Assembly: GCA_019115165.1 (NCBI GenBank)
Contig: DXEB01000011.1
Span: 655 to 64,654 of the forward strand
Direction: 5' to 3'
Source of the DNA: Candidatus Anaerotignum merdipullorum
GTDB taxonomy: Bacteria; Bacillota; Clostridia; Lachnospirales; Anaerotignaceae
Length of the DNA stretch: 64,000 bases
Part shown: positions 51,715-61,377 of the stretch, one piece after another
How positions within the stretch are numbered: the first letter of the stretch is position 1
Layout: each line of letters opens with the position of its first letter
Translations under genes and position numbers: made by a program
The notes under the pieces: model-generated
The model's input: only the letters and a program-made list of their open reading frames with translations
The model's database searches: none
Told to the model about the DNA's origin: nothing

Positions 51715-52283
51715 GTCAGTGGAAGTGGCAATCGACCAAATTGGAAGGAATGCGGGTGATAGAATCTTTCTATACTGTGGACGAGAGAGGATATTTTTGG
51801 AAGTATTTTCAGGAGGAAGCACTGAAGCAGATCGGTTGGCAAGGAACCGTTTCGGAGACGTTTGTATCGTTTTCCCATCAGCATGTACTGCGCGGGATGC
51901 ATATCCAACAGCCATATCCGCAGGAGAAGCTGGTGCATGTATTATGGGGAGAAATTTGGGACGTTGGAGTGGATCTGCGGCCAAATTCTGTCACGTATGG
52001 ACAATGGGATGGGGTTTGTTTGAGTCGGGAAAATCGCAGAGGATTATACTTGCCGGCAGGAATTGCCCATGGGTTCGTGGTGCGCTCCGAAACCGCTTTG
52101 GTCAGCTATGTATGCGCAGGAGAATATTTACCAGAAGGCGACGGCGGCATACGCTGGGATGATCCGCAGATTAGGATAGACTGGGGACTGCGGCAGAACG
52201 AAGTGCCAATCGTATCCAAACGAGACCGGGAATTGCCGACATTGGCAGAGTGGGAAAGGTGGGGATGGCAGTGGACGAGATGA
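51711..52283 (+). CDS. RmlC-type NDP-4-keto-sugar epimerase
   Basis: DERGYF, VLRGMH, DLRPNS, AHGF, GIRWDDP. Confidence 0.9.
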   Translation: MSQWKWQSTKLEGMRVIESFYTVDERGYFWKYFQEEALKQIGWQGTVSETFVSFSHQHVLRGMHIQQPYPQEKLVHVLWGEIWDVGVDLRPNSVTYGQWDGVCLSRENRRGLYLPAGIAHGFVVRSETALVSYVCAGEYLPEGDGGIRWDDPQIRIDWGLRQNEVPIVSKRDRELPTLAEWERWGWQWTR

Positions 52284-53872
52284 CATTTTTATTCGCAGAG
52301 GAATGGTTTCAGGCATGTCTGCCGCTGTTTGAAATTCTGTTGGAAGAAGCGAGGCTAGCCGCAGATGGAGAAGAGGTAAATGAATTGCGAATGGAAAGCG
52401 CCCTGAATGACATTGAGAAGCAATGTGCTCATGTGACAGCATTAAAACAGAGCCAGTATGCAAAACAGATGGAAAATGTCCGCGGTGCGATAGCGGATTG
52501 GAAAGAGGCAATGGATCCGGTACAGATGGCTGCATACACACTGCTGCCATTTTTATTGGAGCTGCGAGAAGAGATCTATTTTTGGGGGTGTGTGGCGCCT
52601 TGGAAGGATCGGCGACAGAAGTATTGGAAACAGGAGTTTCCCAGCCATCACCGCCGAGAGAAGAGAAAGAAGGGACATAAGCCACTGGTTTCTGTATTTA
52701 TTCCGGCAAAAAATCAGCTCTCTTATACCAAATGTTGCGTGGAAAGCGTATTGCGTCATACAAAAGAGGTGGATTATGAACTGCTGTTGCTGGATCACGG
52801 TTCCGATGACGACACATATGCATATTTTTGCAGCATTCCCAATGCCAAAGTCATACGGTTTCGTCAAAATGTACGAATGCTGATGTTTACAACGGCATTT
52901 CGTGCCTGCCGCGGAAAATATCTTGCGTTTGTCAGCAATGATACCATTGTGACGGCACAGTGGCTGCAGCATCTGCTTGCCTGTATGGAAAGCGAATCGC
53001 ATATTCTCAGTGCAACGCCGGTAACTCCTTTTACCTCCAACTGTCAGGCGATTTTGCCTGTGCCGCTGGAAGAGTTGGATGGATTTGCGGCAAGGTTTTA
53101 CCGAACACGATATAAAGATTGGCGTCAACGGGCAAGAATGATGCCGGTGATTGCTGTATATGATGGAGAGAAGCTGGATGAAATGGGATTTGCAGACCGC
53201 TTTTTCCAGACCATGGAATTTTGGGACGACGATGTGTCTTTACGGGCAAGGCGGCGGGGATATCGCCAGTTTTTATGTACGGATGTATACTGCCATCACT
53301 TTGGCAGTGTGACCGGGCGGTCAGAGTGGCAGTCTACTCTGCAGCAGGGACGAGAATTATTTTTCGAAAAACACGGTGTAGATGCATGGGGAAAGGGGTT
53401 TTGCAGGAGCGAAGATATGATGCAGCTGTTGGAGCAGATTCATTTGCCGATGCAGACGGTACGTCTGTTGGCGGTAGACTGTGGTTTTGGCGACAGCTTT
53501 TTTGAGACAGCAAATTGGCTGCGTCGTCAAGGAAAAGAAGTGTTGCTGTATGTATTAACAGAAGAGAGTGCCTACCGGGAAGAGTTGCTGGCGTTTGCCC
53601 AGGGAAGCTATATGGCGTTTGATGGAACAGAGACGGCGCTTGGAACGGCATTTGCAGGTCTGGCGTTTGATTTGATCTTGACGGAGCATGGAGGTAGCTG
53701 CGGCAATGTGCTGGCTGGACGGCTGTCAGAAGAAGGTCTGGTGTTGGCATGGGACGGAATGTTGGAACCGTATCTGTGCAAAGAGGCTAGCTGCGGCGCA
53801 TGGAGCCTGTGGAAGAGGGGAGTATCCCAATCGGATGCAGCATGGCTTCGGGAAGAGAACAAACAACAGTAA
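52265..53872 (+). CDS. GT2 glycosyltransferase with N-terminal helical and C-terminal degenerate methyltransferase-like domains
   Basis: VSVFIP, DHGSDD, FVSNDTIV, FWDDD, HHFGSVT; LLAVDCGFG. Confidence 0.82.
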   Translation: MAVDEMTFLFAEEWFQACLPLFEILLEEARLAADGEEVNELRMESALNDIEKQCAHVTALKQSQYAKQMENVRGAIADWKEAMDPVQMAAYTLLPFLLELREEIYFWGCVAPWKDRRQKYWKQEFPSHHRREKRKKGHKPLVSVFIPAKNQLSYTKCCVESVLRHTKEVDYELLLLDHGSDDDTYAYFCSIPNAKVIRFRQNVRMLMFTTAFRACRGKYLAFVSNDTIVTAQWLQHLLACMESESHILSATPVTPFTSNCQAILPVPLEELDGFAARFYRTRYKDWRQRARMMPVIAVYDGEKLDEMGFADRFFQTMEFWDDDVSLRARRRGYRQFLCTDVYCHHFGSVTGRSEWQSTLQQGRELFFEKHGVDAWGKGFCRSEDMMQLLEQIHLPMQTVRLLAVDCGFGDSFFETANWLRRQGKEVLLYVLTEESAYREELLAFAQGSYMAFDGTETALGTAFAGLAFDLILTEHGGSCGNVLAGRLSEEGLVLAWDGMLEPYLCKEASCGAWSLWKRGVSQSDAAWLREENKQQ

Positions 53873-53916
53873 AACGTTCTGATTGAGAAGGGGAAAGGGG
53901 TTCTCAATATATTGTA

Positions 53917-53949
53917 AGGGCTGCCAACTTAGTCGGCAGCCCTCTTTTT
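53917..53949 (+). terminator. Intrinsic terminator
   Basis: agggctgcc / ggcagccct plus ctttttt. Confidence 0.75.
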
Positions 53950-54024
53950 CTGTATGATCCCGAGTTGCCGACGAATGTGTCAGAAACAGAGACTGACATT
54001 ATTTAACGAAAACCGTTTTATTTT

Positions 54025-55377
54025 TTAGCAGCAATGGAAATTGGATTCGACTGCGTGAGTGATGACCTGCATATGCAGACGATGGTTTTTGCACACACGA
54101 CAGGATGTTTCCGTATCGTCCGGCAGGACAAATCGAATAGATTTCACATGAATATCCCGGCAGCTGGAAGCGTGATGAGCTGGGATCGTGAATGTCTTAA
54201 ATCCTCTGGGATGAGACTGCCCGCTGTCATCGGTTTCTGTCAGAATCAGTGCCAGTGCGGTTTGGCGATGTGGACAGATGTTGTGCAGTGTCAGGCTGCA
54301 TTCTAAAATATGTCCATAGCTTTCCCAAGAGAAGTTTCCTAAATCCTGTTGTGCGAAGTCATCACAACCGTCTACCGTAAAGGAAACGGTAGTAGGGTAA
54401 GGCTCTGCTACGACTTCTTCCGGACAGTCGGTGCGTACAGAGCGAGTCGGGAAGGAAACAACGTTGTTTTCTGCATCCGTGTAGGTCAACTGTGTCAATG
54501 GCTGCTTCAGACCGGATGTGGATGCCACATGACGCATCCGGAAATGTAGAACGGCGCCTTCTGGGGCAGTTGCACCCAGTTTGTCAATTTGCCACAGTAC
54601 CGTATGACTATTTACAGCAAAGGCAGTTCCTTTGCTTGGCGGCAGAATCTCTGTCAGAATAAAGTCATTGGACAACATAGCATGAATCTGAATGTCGGTT
54701 GCGCCTGGTTTGGTGATATTGGACGCCAAATCTTCAAACATATCCTCCAAGTCTGCGTCGCTGGGCGCAACAGAGAGGAAAGAAGCAACGGGAGTGGATA
54801 CCCATTGAGAAGCGGCGGGAACGTTTGTACCATCCTGACCTGCCAGTACGATGCAGTAAATGATCACGCCTTGTGCCTTGGCTGCATCGGTAATCGCAAC
54901 AGCAGAACCGCCAACCGTACTTTGACCGTCTGTGAACATGACGATGATTTTTTGACTTTGATTGGAGAAATCAAACAATTCTACCGCTTTGGTAAATGCG
55001 TCGGCATGATTGGTTTCTCCGCCGGCAACCAAACTGTTTACAGCAGTTTTCAAGTCTGCGACAGAGGTCGAAAACAGTGTGTTCTGCGTCGCAGTATCCG
55101 CGAAACTAACGATGGCAATGCGGCTGCCGGAGCCGATGTGCCCATCCTGTTGTCCGTCAGTGGACTGATCTAGAATATCAATAAATTTATCGGCACCTGC
55201 TTTCATAGACACCAATGGAGAACCACCCATACTGCCGGAGCGGTCCAAAACCAATACGATGTCTGCAGGATTGGTCAGAATATCCGGGGCAGCAGATAAG
55301 GAGATGGTAGCTTCCACCTCACCATTACAGCAAATGCAGTCCGGCTGCAGTGTATAAGAAGAACTTGTAATACCCAT
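54025..55377 (-). CDS. vWA-domain protein, Cys/His-rich C-terminus, no signal peptide
   Basis: MIDAS LVLDRSGSM, GETN, FTDG; AGGAGG RBS; CATAGGAT (-10-like) at 55413-55420. Confidence 0.8.
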   Translation of the reverse strand: MGITSSSYTLQPDCICCNGEVEATISLSAAPDILTNPADIVLVLDRSGSMGGSPLVSMKAGADKFIDILDQSTDGQQDGHIGSGSRIAIVSFADTATQNTLFSTSVADLKTAVNSLVAGGETNHADAFTKAVELFDFSNQSQKIIVMFTDGQSTVGGSAVAITDAAKAQGVIIYCIVLAGQDGTNVPAASQWVSTPVASFLSVAPSDADLEDMFEDLASNITKPGATDIQIHAMLSNDFILTEILPPSKGTAFAVNSHTVLWQIDKLGATAPEGAVLHFRMRHVASTSGLKQPLTQLTYTDAENNVVSFPTRSVRTDCPEEVVAEPYPTTVSFTVDGCDDFAQQDLGNFSWESYGHILECSLTLHNICPHRQTALALILTETDDSGQSHPRGFKTFTIPAHHASSCRDIHVKSIRFVLPDDTETSCRVCKNHRLHMQVITHAVESNFHCC

Positions 55378-55564
55378 AATAAAACCTCCTGAAATTTTTT
55401 TGTTTATGCTCTATCCTATGCAGAAGGATGTCCATTTGACACAAGCCCAAATGAGAAGTAAAAATGATAAAATTTTGTGAAAAAACAAACATTTGGATTG
55501 ACTTTGTCTATGGGATATCGTACAATGCGGATGCAGAGGAGTCACATTTTAGAAGGGAATTTAC

Positions 55565-56647
55565 ATGGACAGAAAAAGAGCGTTTATTATCAATTTTGCA
55601 TATTTTGCGATACTGTTGCTGCTTGCCTTTGTGCTGCTCAGATACGGCTTGCGGCTGTTGATGCCGTTTGTGGTGGGCGGGATTGTGGCAGCACTGCTGC
55701 AAAAACCAATTCGATTTTTGGCAAAGTATTTGCCGCTGCCCAAGAAAATATTGGCGTTATTGGTAGCACTATTGTTTTTTTGTACGATTGGGGTACTGAT
55801 TTCAATACTGAGCGTAAGAGTGTTTACATTGGGACAAGACATTGCATTAAGCCTGCCCACGCTGTATCGGGAGTACGTGGAGCCGCTCATTCGAGATATT
55901 TTTGCATTGTTGGAAACATCTGTGCTGCAGATGGATGAGACGCTGCTGCAAACATGGGAAGAAATGTTTTATCAACTGCTGCAGAGTCTGGGCAATATGA
56001 TATCCAGCGTCTCGGTCAGAATGGTAGGAATTGCATCGTCATTTGCATCGTCTTTGCCGGGCGTTTTTATCCGGCTGCTGTTTTTTGTCATTGCGACATT
56101 TTTTATGACAATGGATTATGATAGGCTGACGGGATTTTTGATGCGTCAGATGAGTGAGCGTGTCCAGGATTTGTTTTTGCAGATCAAATCGTATATTGTT
56201 GGTACATTATTTGTCTGCATTCGTTCTTATGCGTTGATCATGAGCATCACGTTTGTGGAACTTTCCATCGGATTGTCCATTGTCGGGGTAGAGCACAGCG
56301 TATTGAAAGCGTTTTTAATCGCAATTTTCGACATTCTACCTGTTTTGGGAACCGGCGGTATTATGATTCCTTGGGCAGTGCTGTCCATGATTCAGGGAGA
56401 AATTGGACTTGGATTGGCTCTGCTGGCGGTATATATTGCCGTAACCATCATCCGGAATATTTTGGAACCAAAGATTGTGGGCAGTCAGTTGGGACTGCAT
56501 CCGGTAGTGACACTGGCAAGCATGTTCGTTGGAGCACAGCTCTTTGGCGTTGTGGGACTGTTTGGACTGCCGATTTTCCTATCGTTGCTTTGCTATTTGA
56601 ACCGAAATGGCACGATACATATTTTTCGGCTGGAAGATCCCCAGTGA
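55565..56647 (+). CDS. ytvI: YtvI / AI-2E family membrane protein
   Basis: DILPVLGTG, RNILEPKIVG, GLHP; TTGACT-N17-TACAAT upstream. Confidence 0.85.
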   Translation: MDRKRAFIINFAYFAILLLLAFVLLRYGLRLLMPFVVGGIVAALLQKPIRFLAKYLPLPKKILALLVALLFFCTIGVLISILSVRVFTLGQDIALSLPTLYREYVEPLIRDIFALLETSVLQMDETLLQTWEEMFYQLLQSLGNMISSVSVRMVGIASSFASSLPGVFIRLLFFVIATFFMTMDYDRLTGFLMRQMSERVQDLFLQIKSYIVGTLFVCIRSYALIMSITFVELSIGLSIVGVEHSVLKAFLIAIFDILPVLGTGGIMIPWAVLSMIQGEIGLGLALLAVYIAVTIIRNILEPKIVGSQLGLHPVVTLASMFVGAQLFGVVGLFGLPIFLSLLCYLNRNGTIHIFRLEDPQ

Positions 56648-56872
56648 CGCAGTAGTTTGAAAAAGGAAAACAGAAGACGGCGCGAGGAAGAAAAAGGAAT
56701 ATTTGCGAATCGGGCAAAACGATGGATACGAATCTTCGCATGATTGCAACAACCAAGAGAAGTTCTGTTTGGACAGAACACACTTGGTTGTTTTTTTGTG
56801 CAAAAGACGTTTGGAAATCAACAGAGAAAATGGGAGGGCGGAATGGCAGTCAGATATAAAAGAGAAGGATAG

Positions 56873-57241
56873 AAAGACTGTATTTGTCTGCCGCAGCACT
56901 GTATTCCATATGACCCTGCGGTTATTGATGTGCAGGTGATTGATGATGGGGTATATGCCAGTTACAGCGGAGAAGAACAGCATGGAACGGTAGCATACAT
57001 CAAAGAAGGAGAAGCCTATGTGTTTTTTACGGAAACTCTATGGAGTCATTATGTGGAACCGCTGTATGAGACTGAAGGAGGGGCGTATCTGTTTTATTTA
57101 GGCAGTACAGATGAGGTGAAGACGGTGTGGTATGGGGCGTTTGACACCGCATTTGATTCGCTTCCGAAATGGAATGATGATTTGGCAGAGCAAATGATAG
57201 AAATTTGGCGGCAAACGACAGAAAAAGAAAAGATAGCATGA
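56873..57241 (+). pseudogene. Probable N-terminally truncated gene remnant
   Basis: Protein-like 103-aa frame with no RBS; extends upstream only to TAG at 56870. Confidence 0.35.
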
Positions 57242-57474
57242 AAGAAAGGAACACCCAAAGAAAGCAAAGAGTATCGGCGGGAATGCATTATTTTAGATAG
57301 AAAACGGATCAAAAAAATCGCCTTTCGAATGGCATGAAAACAAAACAAAAGTTGGATGTTTTTGGCGATAAAAGCCCCGTTCAGTATAAGACCGAACGGG
57401 GATTCTAACACGATGGTGGTTTTTAGTGGCTATTTCTTCTTGACAGATGCACTTTGCCGGTGGTTCTATTTTTG

Positions 57475-59277
57475 TTAGTTATTGAATTGCTCCATTTCGT
57501 CCAATAGACGTTCAAAAACGACCATGGCGTTTTCAATGGCATCTTTTTTGGACATATCCACACCTGCACCTTTGAGCAGGTCAATGGAATATTCGCTGTC
57601 TCCCTTGGACAGAAAGTCCAAATATGCATCTATGGCAGGCTGTCCTTCTGTCAGTATTTTGCGGGAGAGCGCAATCGCTGCACTGTAGCCCGTTGCATAC
57701 TGGTATACATAAAAGGCGTTATAAAAATGAGGAATCCGTGCCCATTCGATATCAATCTGTGGATCAATCACAATGTCATCGCCAAAATACAAGCGATTTA
57801 AGTCATGATAAATTTGGTTCATGTTTTCCCATGTCAGAGGTTCACCGTTTTCTACCATTTCATGGGTGATTTTTTCAAATTCTGCGAACATTGTCTGACG
57901 GAACAGTGTGCCGCGGAACTGTTCCAAATAGTAGTTGACCAGATATTTGCGCATATTCTGGTCTTTTGTTGTGTTCAGCAGATATTCCATCAGAAGTGCT
58001 TCATTACAGGTAGAAGCAACTTCCGCAACGAATATTTTATGTCCACTGTATAAATATGGCTGCGTTTGCCAAGTGAACCAGCTGTGCAGCGCATGCCCCA
58101 TTTCGTGTGCCAGCGTGAACATGCTATTGACGGTGTCATTATGGTTCAGCAGTACGAACGGGTGTACGCCGTAGCTGCCCCAAGAATATGCACCGCCGCG
58201 TTTTCCTTCGTTTTCATAGACGTCAATCCAGCCGGATTCCATACCCATTTTCAATGCATCGGTATAGGCGGTGCCCAAAACGTCCAGTGCGCGTAGTACG
58301 GTTTCTTTCGCTTCCTCGAAAGTAATTTTTACGTTGGCTTCCGAAACCAAAGGTGCATATAGATCGTACATATGCACTTCGTCCAATCCAAGCAGTTTTT
58401 TGCGCAAGGCAACATAACGGTGCATCAGCGGCAGATATTGATGCACGGTATCAATGAGATTGTCATAAACAGACAACGGAATATTATCATCTGCCAGTGC
58501 CATTTTGCGTGCGGAGGAATAGTTTCTAGCTTTGGCAAAAAAGACATCACTTTTGACGGAAGCGGCATATGTTGCGGCAAGCGTGTTTTTCTGACTGAAA
58601 TACGTGTTGTAAAGAGAGGTAAACGCTTCTTTACGAACACGGCGGTCGCTGTTTTCCAAAAAGGTTACATACCTGCCTTTTGTCAGCGGTACTGTTTCGC
58701 CATCCGCGTCTGTGATTTCTCCAAACCGGATGTCTGCGTCATTGAGCATGGTAAAGATGTTTTGCGGTGCGCCGCCCAATTCTGCTGCCTGTGCCAGCAG
58801 ATGCTCTTCAGTGGGGGAAAGTGTATGGGCTTTTTGCCGCAGGATGTTATCAAAGAAATGATCGTATAGTTGAAAGTCTTCATGTCGTTCGATTCGAAAA
58901 TCTCCCAGTGTTTCTTCCGGCATAGCAAGGATTTCCGGCACCAAAAAAGAAACGGCGGCAGAATAGCGGATCAGCATGGATTCTGCGCGGGAAGCCAATC
59001 CTTGGTAGTATGCGTTCGCGCTGTCCTCATGCATGCGCATATTGGCATAGGTATATAATTGATCCAGCAGCAAAGAAAGCTCTTGATTTTTTTCCAGGCA
59101 TGCCAACAGAGTTGCCGCACTTTCTTCTAAATGTCCGCTGTATGCTGCCAGTTCTGGTAATTCTGTGTCCAGATGCAGGCAGGCTTTTTCCCAAAGGGAA
59201 TCATCAGCATAATAATCCTCGATGTGCCATTTATGGCGCGTATCCACATCCTGACGTTTTGGTAATGCGTGTTTCAA
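57475..59277 (-). CDS. pepF: Oligoendopeptidase F (M3B)
   Basis: GKRGGAYS, LAHEMGHALH, FVAEVAST, WARIPHFY; TTG start chosen from RBS spacing (alternatives 59280, 59286). Confidence 0.95.
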   Translation of the reverse strand: MKHALPKRQDVDTRHKWHIEDYYADDSLWEKACLHLDTELPELAAYSGHLEESAATLLACLEKNQELSLLLDQLYTYANMRMHEDSANAYYQGLASRAESMLIRYSAAVSFLVPEILAMPEETLGDFRIERHEDFQLYDHFFDNILRQKAHTLSPTEEHLLAQAAELGGAPQNIFTMLNDADIRFGEITDADGETVPLTKGRYVTFLENSDRRVRKEAFTSLYNTYFSQKNTLAATYAASVKSDVFFAKARNYSSARKMALADDNIPLSVYDNLIDTVHQYLPLMHRYVALRKKLLGLDEVHMYDLYAPLVSEANVKITFEEAKETVLRALDVLGTAYTDALKMGMESGWIDVYENEGKRGGAYSWGSYGVHPFVLLNHNDTVNSMFTLAHEMGHALHSWFTWQTQPYLYSGHKIFVAEVASTCNEALLMEYLLNTTKDQNMRKYLVNYYLEQFRGTLFRQTMFAEFEKITHEMVENGEPLTWENMNQIYHDLNRLYFGDDIVIDPQIDIEWARIPHFYNAFYVYQYATGYSAAIALSRKILTEGQPAIDAYLDFLSKGDSEYSIDLLKGAGVDMSKKDAIENAMVVFERLLDEMEQFNN

Positions 59278-59513
59278 CAAAATCATCCTCTCTGTTTTCG
59301 GATTGGTCAGAAAATTTGTTTGACTGTCCAAGAACCGACAAAATTGTTTGATTCCATTTTGCTTTAGTATAACACGTTTTGGGAAGGATATAAAGGAATT
59401 TCGTTTTACAGGAGGAAACAAAGCGGAAAATCAATATAAAAACAAGGCGGATTGGAGATTCTTTCTTGCTGAAAATGGAATTTCATAGTATGATGGTAAT
59501 GAGGTGAGTTTGT

Positions 59514-60968
59514 GTGAAAGATTGCTTGAAAGTGTTAATGGTTGCCTCGGAAGCGGCGCCGTTTGTCAAAAGCGGCGGACTTGGCGATGTGGTCGGTTCC
59601 CTGCCGAAAGCACTGCGTGCGCAGGGTGTGGATATCCGCGTGGTGATTCCGCGGTATATGACGATAAAAGATGAGGAAATGTATGGTGTGGAATTTTTGG
59701 GAGAATTCCCAGTACATTTGCTTTGGAGGACACAGCAGGCGAAAATACTGGTGAAACCAGGCGAAGTTCCTGTCTATTTTATAGAAAACAACTTTTATTT
59801 TGGTCGCGGTGGATTATATGGCTATGGCGATGATAACGAACGGTTTGCCTTTTTTGGTAAAGCGGTGATGGACATGATGGCAATGCTGGATTTTTATCCG
59901 GACGTTGTTCATTGCAACGACTGGCAGACAGGTCCGGTTTGTATGTATCTGAAAGAAATTTACCGCAAAATGATCTATTATTCGCATATGCGGACATTGT
60001 TTACGGTGCATAATCTCCAGTATCAAGGGAATTTTGACCGGAGTACCATGGAATTGCTGGGAGTGCCCTATTACTGTTATGAGAACGGGAATGTGGAATT
60101 CTATGGCAACGTCAGCTATATGAAAATGGGATTGATCTATGCTGACAGAATCAGCACCGTCAGCCAGACGTATGCCAAAGAAATTCAAACCTGGCAGTTT
60201 GGATACGGCATGGATGGCATACTCAAAAGCCGCAGGCAGGTGCTGAGCGGTATTCTCAATGGAATTGACTATGTGGCAAACGATCCGGCAACGGATCCTC
60301 GGATTTTGTGCCATTACGACAGGGAGCATTTGGAAGGGAAAGCGGAAAACAAGCGGCTGCTGCAGGAAAGACTTGGATTGGAGCAAAAAGATGTGCCGCT
60401 GATTGGTATGATCACGCGTTTGGCAGACCAAAAAGGATTGGATATTCTTTCTTATGTATTTGATGAAATGATGCGGCGAGATGTTCAGTTTGTACTGTTG
60501 GGCACGGGTGAGAATCGGTTTGAATATCTGTTCCGCAACATGGAAGAACGATACAAGGGAAGGGTCAGTGCAAATATTTTCTTTGATGAAAATTTAGCAC
60601 AGCAGATTTATGCGGGCAGTGATATGTTTTTGATGCCCTCACTCTTTGAGCCATGTGGGTTGGGACAGATGTTTAGTCTGCGTTATGGGACGGTTCCCAT
60701 TGTACGAAAGACTGGCGGATTGGCGGACACCATTTATCCGTATCAAACGGACACGAAAGATGGAAACGGCTTCTTGTTTGAAACCTATGACGGCAATGGT
60801 TTGCTGTGGGCGCTGGATCAGGCGCTGACCGTGTATCATCAGGGACCGGAGGAATGGAAACATGTGGTGCGCAATGCGATGGCAAGCAATTATTCATGGG
60901 AAAACTCCGCGCTGGAATATATTAAGTTGTATGAAAATCTGCGGGATGGAAAAACGCAGATATCTTGA
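59514..60968 (+). CDS. glgA: Glycogen synthase
   Basis: KSGGLGDV, HCNDWQT, HNLQYQG, QKG, PSLFEPCGL. Confidence 0.96.
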   Translation: MKDCLKVLMVASEAAPFVKSGGLGDVVGSLPKALRAQGVDIRVVIPRYMTIKDEEMYGVEFLGEFPVHLLWRTQQAKILVKPGEVPVYFIENNFYFGRGGLYGYGDDNERFAFFGKAVMDMMAMLDFYPDVVHCNDWQTGPVCMYLKEIYRKMIYYSHMRTLFTVHNLQYQGNFDRSTMELLGVPYYCYENGNVEFYGNVSYMKMGLIYADRISTVSQTYAKEIQTWQFGYGMDGILKSRRQVLSGILNGIDYVANDPATDPRILCHYDREHLEGKAENKRLLQERLGLEQKDVPLIGMITRLADQKGLDILSYVFDEMMRRDVQFVLLGTGENRFEYLFRNMEERYKGRVSANIFFDENLAQQIYAGSDMFLMPSLFEPCGLGQMFSLRYGTVPIVRKTGGLADTIYPYQTDTKDGNGFLFETYDGNGLLWALDQALTVYHQGPEEWKHVVRNAMASNYSWENSALEYIKLYENLRDGKTQIS

Positions 60969-61377
60969 AATAGATACAACGGGGGAAGAAAACGGGCAAG
61001 ATACGGCAGTATGGTGTCCGTTTTTTATTGAAATGGTTTTGGATAGGGCATTAGACGAAAGCGTTTGAGCATACGGGTAGAAAGAAAACTGATTTTGCAT
61101 ACAAACGAATCATAGGTTGTTCAGTGCGTGTATTTGGAAGCGATCTGTCTGTGAGACAACGAAGAAAAGAGTGCTCACAGTAGAGTGGTACACAGCATAT
61201 GGCAGCCAAGAAAATGCGGGCTTGGAAAGGGAATGCTTGGAGCTGTTGCAGACGAAAGTTGTTGAAAGATGTACTAGAAAAAAAGGTTTGGACGGGATGG
61301 AAGATTTGCAAAAGAGACATGAATGTAGTATGATGAAGAGCGTGAGAAACAAGCAATGACAGGAGGTGACGCGCCAG

